From a virus: a stretch of DNA of 64,000 nucleotides. The translations under genes and the position numbers were made by a program. The notes beneath the pieces are model-generated. The model saw nothing but the letters and a program-made list of their open reading frames with translations, was not told the DNA's origin and did not search any database. Below, one piece after another: positions 34,800 to 43,346 of the stretch. The stretch covers positions 3,557 to 67,556 of the IMG/VR virus record IMGVR_UViG_3300029999_000001; one strand, written 5' to 3'. Position 1 is the first letter of the stretch, and each line of letters starts with the position of its first letter.

Positions 34800-36382
34800 C
34801 GCTGAAGGCTTTCACACTCCCGCCGGACACGCGCTACACCGACGGCCCGAGCCCGGCTGAGGACATGAACGGCGTGGTCGACACGGCCAACGCACTGGGC
34901 GCGGGCGTCAGCGTGCTGAACACGGCGTTCGCCGGCGGCGCTGACGCGTCCGGTGCCACCGACTCGGCCACCGCGTTCCAGGGCGCCGTGACCGCGGGCG
35001 CGGGCGGCCCCGTCTACGTGCCGCCCGGCACGTACAAGATCGGCAGCACGGTGACCAGCACCACGCCGGGCACGCTGATCGTGTGCGCGCCCGGCGTGGT
35101 CATCAACTACACCGGCTCCGGTCCCTGCATCCGCATGTACTCCACGGCCTCGTACACCAGCGGCTGGGGCGGCGGGATCATCGGCCGCCCCATCATCGAC
35201 GGCACCAGCGCCAGCGCCGGGGCGTGCGGCGTGCACGCCGGGGACATCTACCAGCTGCAATGGGACGTCGCGGTGCGCAACTTCCAGGGCACCGGCTCCA
35301 AGGGTGTCTGGCTCGACAACCAGTACAGCTACACAGAGGACATGAACGGTCACATCTGGGCTGAGGAGAACACGCAGAACGTCGTCTTCGACAACTCCGC
35401 GAACCCCGGCGGCGGCGCGACCACCAGCTTCGCCCGGGCGCTGCTGGACATCGTGCTCGACTGCAAGGGCGCCGGCGACGGGGTGACCCTGCTGAACGGG
35501 GCCACCGTCTACGACTCCCGGCTGACCATCGTCGGCAACATGGACTATGGGGCGGCGCAGCATTACGCGGTGAACCTCACCGGGGCCCCCAGCTACTCAT
35601 TCACCGCCACGAACGCCTCACCGTGCGTGTTCACCGCGACCGGCTCCTACTACTACGACGGCGCCACCGTCACCATCTCCGGCGGCTCCCTGCCCACCGG
35701 GTTCACCGCGGGCACCTACTACGTCGTCAACGCCTCCGGCGCCACATTCGAGCTGGCCGCCACCTCCGGCGGGACGGCGATCAACTCGACGTCGACCGGC
35801 TCCGGGACGGTGCAGGGAGGCTTCAGCCAGATCAAAAACAGCTTCCTGATGATCGGCATGGAATGCAACGCCACGAGCAGCACCTATCAGCCGATCACGA
35901 TCAACTTCGGCACGGCGGGCAGCAACCAGATCCGCGACTGCGGCGGCATCATCGACTTCAGTGCCGCCAGCGCGTTCGCCAGCGCGGTCAACTGGAATGG
36001 CTCGTTCCAGTTCGACGGCATCTGCATCGGCGACTCCGACCTGTTCCGGTCCGTTGGCACCGGCCAGGGCGCCTACTCCAACGGGGCGATCAGCAACGGG
36101 GCGTTCATCACAACCCGGTACAACAACCTGGCGACCGCAGCGCCCACCTCGAACGTGACCGGGGTGATCCTGGGCACCAACGACCCCGGCACGGGCGGGA
36201 GCAGCGGCAGCCACTGGTCCAACACGACGTTCACCCTGGTCAACGATGGCACCGGCAGCATCACGTTCGCGGCCCTGGCCACGTCGCATGTTTCCACCGG
36301 GACCGCCTGCGTGATTCCCGCGGGCGAGGCCATGACGTTCGTGTGGATCTCGAACAGCAGCACCTGGTACCCGGTGGCTTAA
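34796..36382 (+). CDS. Tail spike/fibre with beta-helix and inserted beta-sandwich
   Basis: GADASGATDSATAFQGAV...VYVPPGTY; ASPCVFTATG...GTYYVV insert. Confidence 0.8.
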   Translation: MTLKAFTLPPDTRYTDGPSPAEDMNGVVDTANALGAGVSVLNTAFAGGADASGATDSATAFQGAVTAGAGGPVYVPPGTYKIGSTVTSTTPGTLIVCAPGVVINYTGSGPCIRMYSTASYTSGWGGGIIGRPIIDGTSASAGACGVHAGDIYQLQWDVAVRNFQGTGSKGVWLDNQYSYTEDMNGHIWAEENTQNVVFDNSANPGGGATTSFARALLDIVLDCKGAGDGVTLLNGATVYDSRLTIVGNMDYGAAQHYAVNLTGAPSYSFTATNASPCVFTATGSYYYDGATVTISGGSLPTGFTAGTYYVVNASGATFELAATSGGTAINSTSTGSGTVQGGFSQIKNSFLMIGMECNATSSTYQPITINFGTAGSNQIRDCGGIIDFSAASAFASAVNWNGSFQFDGICIGDSDLFRSVGTGQGAYSNGAISNGAFITTRYNNLATAAPTSNVTGVILGTNDPGTGGSSGSHWSNTTFTLVNDGTGSITFAALATSHVSTGTACVIPAGEAMTFVWISNSSTWYPVA

Positions 36383-36402
36383 CCGCACCCACCCGCTGTG
36401 AC

Positions 36403-36445
36403 GTTCTGCTGCCAGCACCGGCCGCCCTGGTGCTGGCAGCAGAAC
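36403..36445. repeat. Perfect 17-bp inverted repeat
   Basis: GTTCTGCTGCCAGCACC-9-GGTGCTGGCAGCAGAAC. Confidence 0.85.
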
Positions 36446-36520
36446 AGGGCGGGAATCCGAGCATGATCGCCTACCGGGCAAACGAGCCAGAGTGACCCGC
36501 TCACAGGCAGGGGGCAGGCG

Positions 36521-38059
36521 ATGACATCGCTCAGCTATGTCCAGATCACGGGCACGTTCGAAGATGGCACCGGCAGCCCGCTTACCGGGACGGTGACGTT
36601 CACCCCCTCGGCGACGGTGTACGCGGGCGGGGTGCCGGTCCTGGCCCCCGACGTCCCGATCCGCGCGCTGATCAACGCGGGGCAGCTCGGGAACCTGGCC
36701 GGCGGGACGCTGCAGCTGCTTGCCACCAATAATGCGGGCCTGACGATCGAGGGGCTGACCGGGTTCTGGTTCTGGACTGTGCAGGTCACCCTCGGCGGGC
36801 AAATCCAGGACCCGTGGTCGTTTTTCCTGCCATCATCCCCATCCACGGTTGACCTTTACAGCCTGGCGGACACTGCCGCCAGCGGTGGCGGAACCTCGGT
36901 CAACGGGCTGACCGGTGGCACGATCACCAGCTCCGTGGCGGTGACGGGGTCGCTGGGCACGACCCCGGTGACACTGACGGACGCGCCCACGATCACCGTC
37001 AACGCCGCGCTGTCCAATGTGCAGCGGGTCACGCTCGGCGGGAACCGCACGCTGGCCAGCCCCACGAAGCCCGCGGACGGGCAGCCGCTCACTTTCGAGG
37101 TGATCCAGCCGGCCTCAGGAGGCCCGTACACCCTGTCCTACGGCGCCGCGTATTCGTTCACGGCCAGCACGCCGCAGCCGTCCCTGTCCACTGCGGCCGG
37201 GGACCGGGACCTGATCTCGTTCCTGTACGACGCTGGCACAGCGCTATGGATCTGCACGGGCTACGTCCTGGCGCAAAACGGCGTGCTGGTGATGATCGCG
37301 CAGGGCGGCACCGGGGCGACCACCCAGCAGGGCGCGATCAACGCGCTGACCGGTGTGCAGACCGCCGGGCAGTACCTGCGGTCGAACGGCACGAACGCGG
37401 GGCTGAGCGCGCTCCTGGCGGCTGACCTGCCGTACGACACAACCGCCGCGCACATCCTCGGCGAAGGCACCCAGACCGCGGGCGGCAACGCTCAGCCCGC
37501 CGACTCCGGGCACATCCACCCGGCGAGCAGCATCGTGCCGTCTGATCATGGCCTGCTGGCCTGGTCGATGGACCTTGACTCGGCAGTCAGCGGGACGACG
37601 CTGATCGCGGGAACCGTGTACCTCGTCAAGGTCCCGATCCGGTACGCGCTGACCGCCACATACCTATGGTTCTCTCTCACCGTCGCCGGGGTCGGCACCT
37701 CGACGGGCAGCTACGTCGGCCTGTACTCAAGCGCCGGGTCTCTGCTGACCGGCTCGGCCGACCTGGGTACGGCTATCGCCATCGGTAACCATCAGGTCGC
37801 GCTAACGACGCCACAGGCCCTGACCGCCGGATCGTTCGTGTGGGCCGCGATGGTCACGAACCAGTCGAGCAGCCAGCCCGCGGTACGGTCCCCGTTCAAC
37901 TTCACCAGCCCCGCGTCGCCGAACATCGGCCTGACCGCCGCGACGTACCGGATAGCGGTTCCCGCTGGGGGCACTACTCAGACCGCCCTGCCCGGGTCGT
38001 TCACGCCCTCATCGAATACGAATACCGGCGCCGCGCAGCTCTGGTTCGGGATCTCCTGA
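36521..38059 (+). CDS. Tail-fibre-like protein
   Basis: N- and C-terminal modules shared with 45267..47384; IAQGGTGATT fibre motif. Confidence 0.7.
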   Translation: MTSLSYVQITGTFEDGTGSPLTGTVTFTPSATVYAGGVPVLAPDVPIRALINAGQLGNLAGGTLQLLATNNAGLTIEGLTGFWFWTVQVTLGGQIQDPWSFFLPSSPSTVDLYSLADTAASGGGTSVNGLTGGTITSSVAVTGSLGTTPVTLTDAPTITVNAALSNVQRVTLGGNRTLASPTKPADGQPLTFEVIQPASGGPYTLSYGAAYSFTASTPQPSLSTAAGDRDLISFLYDAGTALWICTGYVLAQNGVLVMIAQGGTGATTQQGAINALTGVQTAGQYLRSNGTNAGLSALLAADLPYDTTAAHILGEGTQTAGGNAQPADSGHIHPASSIVPSDHGLLAWSMDLDSAVSGTTLIAGTVYLVKVPIRYALTATYLWFSLTVAGVGTSTGSYVGLYSSAGSLLTGSADLGTAIAIGNHQVALTTPQALTAGSFVWAAMVTNQSSSQPAVRSPFNFTSPASPNIGLTAATYRIAVPAGGTTQTALPGSFTPSSNTNTGAAQLWFGIS

Positions 38060-40068
38060 TGGCGATCGACACGCAGCCGGTCCTGGCCAACAGCTTCGCG
38101 GGCGAGACGAACGGGGCGACGGTGGCCGCGTCGGCGTCGCCCGGGTATCAGTCGCTGGGGACCGCGGACGGGATGCTGTTCGACCTGGTGACGATATCCA
38201 GCGGCCAGGCGATGACGATTGATACCACAACCGCGCCTATCCCGATGGCGAAGATCGTCACGACTGCCACGACCACTTGCTATGGCGCCTGGCTGAACAG
38301 CGGCCTGCTGGTCAACGCCGCCGCCCAGCAGTGGTTTGAGCTGTTCCTGTACCAGACGGCGAACCCGTCCGCCGTGCACCAGGTGTTTGCGTTCGTGGTC
38401 TCCGGCACCCGCGCCGCGGACGTGGTGATCAACGCGAACGGCACGCTGAGCGTACGGAACACCAGCGGCAGCGTCATCGTGACCACGACGAACACGGTCC
38501 CGCTGAACCAGCTCTTCCGCATCGAGGGCTACGTCACATCGAGCGCCACTGTCGGCCAGGTGGAGCTGAAGCTGTTTAGCAGCCCCTGGTCGGCCACGCC
38601 CACCGAGACACAGACGTCCGGGGCGAATCAGAACACGCTCGGCGGCGTGCTGAATGCCGCCCGGTTCGGTGCGGCGACCGGCGCCGTGTCCGGGCTCACA
38701 TTCTGGCTCGGGCGCCCCGCGGTGTCGGTGTCCGGGTACATCGGCCCCGGCGCGATCGTGCAGCAGATGGTCTGCGGTGCCCCGACCCCGTCCGGCTTCA
38801 CGGTGATCAGCAAGCCGACCGGCGGGACTAGCCTGCGGCTGAAGCTGGCCACCAACTCAGGCATGACGCAGAACGTCTCCTACGTCGCGGCGCAGGCCCC
38901 GGACTCCTACGGCTACGTCAAGCATGTTGTGACCGGGCTCAGCCCGTTCACCCGCTACTGGTGCCAGCTCGCCGACACCCCGCCCGGCGGCACGGAGATG
39001 CTCGTCGGCAACGTGGGCACATGCAAGACGCTGGCCACGCCCGGCACCCCGCAGAGCTTCACGTTCGCCGTCGCCAGCTGCGTCAACACCGCCGACGAGA
39101 CGCCGGGCCCGGACACCGCCCTGAACGACTGGATCGCCTGGGGCGCCGACCTGAACATCTTCACGGGGGACTACAGCTACCAGAACCCCGCCTTCACCGA
39201 CCAGCCCAGCCAGATCGGCACCTGGGAGTACCAGACCTGGTTCTACGGCATGGAGCCGATCACCCGGCAGGCGTGGGGCTACTACCTCCGCTCCAACCAC
39301 GACAGCACGTCGGACACCTACTACTGCGACAGCGACAACACCTGGACCGCGGCGAACCTGGTGGCCGCGCAGGAGATCTTCCCCCAGGGGACGCTGGGCG
39401 ACACGGTGAACAGCCCCGTGCACGGCCTGTTCCAGACCTGGGTGACCGGCCGGGTCCGGTTCATCATGCTCGACATCCGCAACATAGACCGGTCCCCGGG
39501 AACGAACACCGACAACAGCTCCAAGACGATGCTCGGGCCGGCCCAGCTCGCATGGCTGCAGGCGCAGCTCATCCAGCCGGAACCACTGAAGATCATCGTG
39601 ACGGACACGCAATGGCTCGGCTCGACGGTCCCGTCGCTTGGCGTAGACGACGAGCTGGGCAAATGGTGGAGCTACCAGACCGAGCGGGCCTCGATCGTCA
39701 GCTACATGATCGAGTCGTGGTCCCGGATGCGGAACGTCGCCCTGATCCACGGCGACTTCCACGGTGTCGCTGTCGCCTACGCCTCCGAAAACGCGGCCTG
39801 GGGCGGGTTCCCGGTCTACGGTGCCGCCCCGATGCGGCAGACCGGCGCCTCAACCAACAACCCGAACACGTTCACCCGGTATTACAACAACAGCGGCGGG
39901 GAGTGCCGCCAGTACGGGCGGGTCACCGTCACGGACTCCGGCTCGGCGATCACCGTGAACTTCCAGGGCTGGGATGCGGTCAACCAGGTCGCGCAAGTCA
40001 GCCAGACCGACGTGTTCAGCGTCGCCGCCGGGAACGTGCCCGCCCGCGGCCTGATGGGAGCCTTGTGA
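38059..40068 (+). CDS. Lectin-like domain fused to a PhoD-like metallophosphoesterase
   Basis: VTGLSPFTRY (Fn3-like), FAVASC, FTGDYSY, SNHD, LDIR, TMLGPAQLAWL, HGDFH; no Tat or Sec signal. Confidence 0.85.
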   Translation: MAIDTQPVLANSFAGETNGATVAASASPGYQSLGTADGMLFDLVTISSGQAMTIDTTTAPIPMAKIVTTATTTCYGAWLNSGLLVNAAAQQWFELFLYQTANPSAVHQVFAFVVSGTRAADVVINANGTLSVRNTSGSVIVTTTNTVPLNQLFRIEGYVTSSATVGQVELKLFSSPWSATPTETQTSGANQNTLGGVLNAARFGAATGAVSGLTFWLGRPAVSVSGYIGPGAIVQQMVCGAPTPSGFTVISKPTGGTSLRLKLATNSGMTQNVSYVAAQAPDSYGYVKHVVTGLSPFTRYWCQLADTPPGGTEMLVGNVGTCKTLATPGTPQSFTFAVASCVNTADETPGPDTALNDWIAWGADLNIFTGDYSYQNPAFTDQPSQIGTWEYQTWFYGMEPITRQAWGYYLRSNHDSTSDTYYCDSDNTWTAANLVAAQEIFPQGTLGDTVNSPVHGLFQTWVTGRVRFIMLDIRNIDRSPGTNTDNSSKTMLGPAQLAWLQAQLIQPEPLKIIVTDTQWLGSTVPSLGVDDELGKWWSYQTERASIVSYMIESWSRMRNVALIHGDFHGVAVAYASENAAWGGFPVYGAAPMRQTGASTNNPNTFTRYYNNSGGECRQYGRVTVTDSGSAITVNFQGWDAVNQVAQVSQTDVFSVAAGNVPARGLMGAL

Positions 40069-40478
40069 ACCCGGAGTGGGTCGCCGCGCTCACCGCCTTC
40101 ACTGTCGCTGTCGTCACCGGTATGGCATGGGGGACCCGGCGGGCGTGGCACGCCACCCGCTGGCTGTGGCACATCGGCCGCCGCACCAGCCGCTTCCTCG
40201 ACGACTACTTCGGTGAACCGGCACGCGACGGTCTCCCAGCCAGGCCCGGCATCATGGGCCGCCTCAAATCCGTCGAGGATGCAGTTGGCCATGTCGCCAG
40301 CGAAATAGCCAAGGTCGCCGTAGAGACCATGCCGAACGACGGCACGTCAATGCATGACGTCCTGGCCCGCACTGAGCAGTCCGTGGACGAGATCAGGAGT
40401 GAGCAGGTGAAGATGCGGGCCCGGATGGAACTGTTCGAGACCCAGCGCGGCGAACGCGAGGACGAAGAGAGCCCGTGA
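40065..40478 (+). CDS. Membrane protein of the lysis region
   Basis: N-terminal TM helix; RFLDD.FGEPARDG.PARPGIM.RL then coiled coil. Confidence 0.7.
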   Translation: MNPEWVAALTAFTVAVVTGMAWGTRRAWHATRWLWHIGRRTSRFLDDYFGEPARDGLPARPGIMGRLKSVEDAVGHVASEIAKVAVETMPNDGTSMHDVLARTEQSVDEIRSEQVKMRARMELFETQRGEREDEESP

Positions 40479-40912
40479 GCGCCAGGCTGGCCCGCCCGGC
40501 GATCTTCGGTTTGGCCGACGGCATGATGAGCCTGCTCGGCGTGGTGCTGTACCTGCTCGGCCACGAGGCCCTGATCTTCCCGGCCGCGCTGTCCGGCGGC
40601 ATCTCAAGCGCGCTGTCCATGGCCGGCGGGGAATGGCTGTCCGACAGCGACAACGGTCTCGGCGCGTCCTGCGTGATGGGTGCGGCGACCGGGGTCGGTG
40701 CGATCCTCCCCGCCATCCCGTACGCCGTCACGAGCGGCACAACAGCGCTCGCCTGCTCCATCGTGATATGCGTCCTCATCGCCGCGGTCGTGGCCCTGAT
40801 GCGGCCCATGCGCAGCCAGACGCTGGCCTTCGCCGAGACATACGCGATCCTCGGTGCGATCTTCCTCGTCGTCCTGGCCTGCGGGCTGTTTTTGCCAGGA
40901 AGCGCAGCCTGA
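40475..40912 (+). CDS. Minimal VIT1/CCC1-family-like membrane protein
   Basis: IFGLADG, ALSGGISSALSMAGGEWLS and GAILPAIPY motifs; about five TM helices. Confidence 0.75.
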   Translation: MSARLARPAIFGLADGMMSLLGVVLYLLGHEALIFPAALSGGISSALSMAGGEWLSDSDNGLGASCVMGAATGVGAILPAIPYAVTSGTTALACSIVICVLIAAVVALMRPMRSQTLAFAETYAILGAIFLVVLACGLFLPGSAA

Positions 40913-41244
40913 TGTGGTGGTGGCACTGCTGGCTTCCGTTCCAGCACTGGCTCGCCATCCACACCGGCACCGACAACGAGGCCGCCGACTTCTACGGGTT
41001 CTTCTCGGGATTCGGCAGCGACATCGGTGAGGTCACGATCGTCGGCGGCCTGCTCGCCATCTACAAGAAGCACACCTGTCATCAGCGCTGGTGCTGGCGT
41101 TTCGGCCACTACGACTTCACCGACGAGGCGACGGGGCTCACCTACCGCCTGTGCCGCAAGTGTCATCCCGGGCATCCGGGCCGCCATCTTACGGGGCAGC
41201 ACATCGCCCGGATCCACGCCAGTAATCGCGGGAAGGAAACGTGA
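40912..41244 (+). CDS. His/Cys-rich small membrane protein
   Basis: TGATG coupling; MWWWHC...HTCHQRWCWRFGH...CRKCHP. Confidence 0.65.
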   Translation: MWWWHCWLPFQHWLAIHTGTDNEAADFYGFFSGFGSDIGEVTIVGGLLAIYKKHTCHQRWCWRFGHYDFTDEATGLTYRLCRKCHPGHPGRHLTGQHIARIHASNRGKET

Positions 41245-41248
41245 TCGA

Positions 41249-42193
41249 GTGACTCGTATGTTCCGCGCCGGCGGCCTTAATCGTGGCCCGGCCAGCGTCG
41301 GGGTCGTCTCCGCCGGGCCGGAAGTGCTCCTCGCGGACATCAGCGAGTATCAGGCCGACATCAACGATGCCCTCTACCTGCATTGGTCGCAGGCGGTGGT
41401 CATCCGCGCGCTGTTCGGTGACGCCCATGATGATGCCGCCTGGTACGGGGGCGCGCGGCGGACTGCGCTGCACGAGGGTGGCGCCCAGTTCCTCGGGATC
41501 TACCAGTACCTTGTGGCCGGGCAGGACGGGGCGGCGCAAGCCCAGGCGTTCCATCAGCTCGTCGGCGCCATCGAGGCCGGCGAGGTGTTCATCGCGGACT
41601 TCGAGGAAGGCGATCACGCGATGCTGACCGCCTGGTACAACGAGATGCTCTCGCTGCATGGGGAGGGGATCGGCCCGTACCTGTGGACCTACACCGGCCT
41701 GGACTTCGGGGAAGCCCTGGGGTTCCTGCCGGTCCAGTGGCTGGCCGGCTACACCGCCGACGAACCAGCCTCACCGCACACGCTGTGGCAGTTCACGAAC
41801 TCGTATCAGGTGCCCGGCGTGGGCGTGGCTGACTGCTCGGTCTTCCACGGGACCATCAGCGAGCTGGCGGCGCTCGCCTACGCCGTGCCGAAGGGCTGGA
41901 CGTTCCCGGCCCCCGGTGGCCTGCATCTGGTGAGGCAGACCCGCGAGGGCTACTCGTTCGCATGGGACGCGGTGACCGGCCCGGCCGGGCAGAAGCCGTC
42001 CGGGTACAGCGCCTTCACCTACAACGAGGCCGGGGACCTGGCGAACCATCAGGTTGTGACCGGCCTGAGCGCATCCGAGTACGGGCCCGCCGGGAAAGGC
42101 CTGCCCGCAGGGACGTACCGGACCAACGTGTGGGCCAACGGCGGCGAAGTTGGGCCAAGCCATGCCACCTTGACCGTCACCCTGACCCGCTAG
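41249..42193 (+). CDS. Endolysin, GH25 muramidase with C-terminal Fn3-like domain
   Basis: ADISEYQ, IADFE (DxE), LWQFT and ADCS GH25 motifs. Confidence 0.85.
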   Translation: MTRMFRAGGLNRGPASVGVVSAGPEVLLADISEYQADINDALYLHWSQAVVIRALFGDAHDDAAWYGGARRTALHEGGAQFLGIYQYLVAGQDGAAQAQAFHQLVGAIEAGEVFIADFEEGDHAMLTAWYNEMLSLHGEGIGPYLWTYTGLDFGEALGFLPVQWLAGYTADEPASPHTLWQFTNSYQVPGVGVADCSVFHGTISELAALAYAVPKGWTFPAPGGLHLVRQTREGYSFAWDAVTGPAGQKPSGYSAFTYNEAGDLANHQVVTGLSASEYGPAGKGLPAGTYRTNVWANGGEVGPSHATLTVTLTR

Positions 42194-42527
42194 CGCCCCG
42201 GATTACCCAGGCGTACTCGCGCTCATGGCCGAACGGAGTCCCCTGGCGCTCCTCGTGCTGCTTCGGATGATCCCAGGCTGAGGCGATGGTCACATCATGG
42301 CCCAGGATGCCGGACAGCTTCTCTGTCATGTCCGGCATCTCCAGTTCGTCGCTGATGCCGTCCAGGTCTTTGCTCAGGAACGCGACCGCGCGAATCCTGC
42401 CGCCGCTCAGCCTTACCGGCACGACCTCGGCGAAGAAATCGAGCGCCGCGGCGGCGTTGATAAACCGCTCGATCACCCGTTCATCGTCGTACAGGAGCCC
42501 CGTGATGTGCATGTGGCGGTCGCTCAT
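42177..42527 (-). CDS. Antisense hypothetical protein (leaderless)
   Basis: TAAGCT 6 nt before ATG 42527. Confidence 0.65.
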   Translation of the reverse strand: MSDRHMHITGLLYDDERVIERFINAAAALDFFAEVVPVRLSGGRIRAVAFLSKDLDGISDELEMPDMTEKLSGILGHDVTIASAWDHPKQHEERQGTPFGHEREYAWVIRGASGSG

Positions 42528-42705
42528 CCCGTCAGCTTAATGACTTCATCCCTGCAGGCCCCGGTGCAGGCCGAGGACATTTACCGGCGTTTCGGGTACA
42601 CGACGACGCTCGGGTCCGCGATCTGCACGTGGGCGCTCATCGCCGGGCTCGGCAGCCAGGGGGCTCCCGCAGCCCTGACCAGGCCGTTCTGTCCCTTTTC
42701 CCTCC

Positions 42706-42737
42706 GTCCCCTTCGCCGCCCGGCGCGGGGGCTTTTT
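42706..42737 (+). terminator. Terminator-like hairpin
   Basis: GC stem plus TTTTT followed by CATGCC. Confidence 0.55.
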
Positions 42738-42756
42738 CATGCCGGGAGGCAACCAG

Positions 42757-43236
42757 ATGGCAATAAGCGACCTTTTCGTGGCCGACTCGGGGATGGTGTC
42801 ACTCGGGACCAGCACCCAGACCGGCCTGATCGCGTTCAACACCCCGTCAACGAAGCGGATCTGGGTCGTCGGTGTCCGTCTCGCTGTCGGGGTGACCTCG
42901 GCGGCGGCGGGGAACTGCGTGCAGTTCACCCTCGCCCGGGTCGCCAACACCCCGTCCACGACCAACACGGTGAACATCCGCGCGCAGGACGCTTCCGCCC
43001 CCGCCTCGCTGATCGGCACCACGGCCATGATCGACCCCTGGACGACCACGGCCCCGACGCTCGGGAACATTCTCGGTGAGTGGGAACTGCCGCAGGTCAC
43101 CGGCAGCGCATGGGAGGAGTTCCCGCCGCTGGGATACGAGTTCGGTATCGCCGTGTCCTCGGGCGTGGGCATCTTCGTGACGCCCTCGGTGAACACCACG
43201 ACGCTACTGCAGGCACAGATCATCTGGTCCGAGTAA
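42757..43236 (+). CDS. Beta-rich hypothetical (possibly virion) protein
   Basis: GGGAGG RBS before ATG 42757; jelly-roll-like strand pattern. Confidence 0.65.
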   Translation: MAISDLFVADSGMVSLGTSTQTGLIAFNTPSTKRIWVVGVRLAVGVTSAAAGNCVQFTLARVANTPSTTNTVNIRAQDASAPASLIGTTAMIDPWTTTAPTLGNILGEWELPQVTGSAWEEFPPLGYEFGIAVSSGVGIFVTPSVNTTTLLQAQIIWSE

Positions 43237-43263
43237 CCGCACCGCCCGCCAGCCCCAGGAGGA

Positions 43264-43300
43264 TGCACCCGGGCCCGTGATCACTGCGGGCCCGGGTGCA
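43264..43300. repeat. Perfect 14-bp inverted repeat
   Basis: TGCACCCGGGCCCG-9-CGGGCCCGGGTGCA. Confidence 0.8.
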
Positions 43301-43346
43301 CGACCACGGCTAACGCACTGACGGCCGGGGCGGACGGAGGTGTCCG

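Noticed and set aside
38059-40068. PhoD as a phosphate-scavenging auxiliary metabolic gene
   Set aside because: No export signal, fused to a lectin-like domain and coupled to tail genes; a structural role fits better, although the metabolic role is not excluded.
42540-42740. Possible ORF or riboswitch before 42757
   Set aside because: No SD or recognisable motif; explained by a divergent promoter plus a terminator hairpin.
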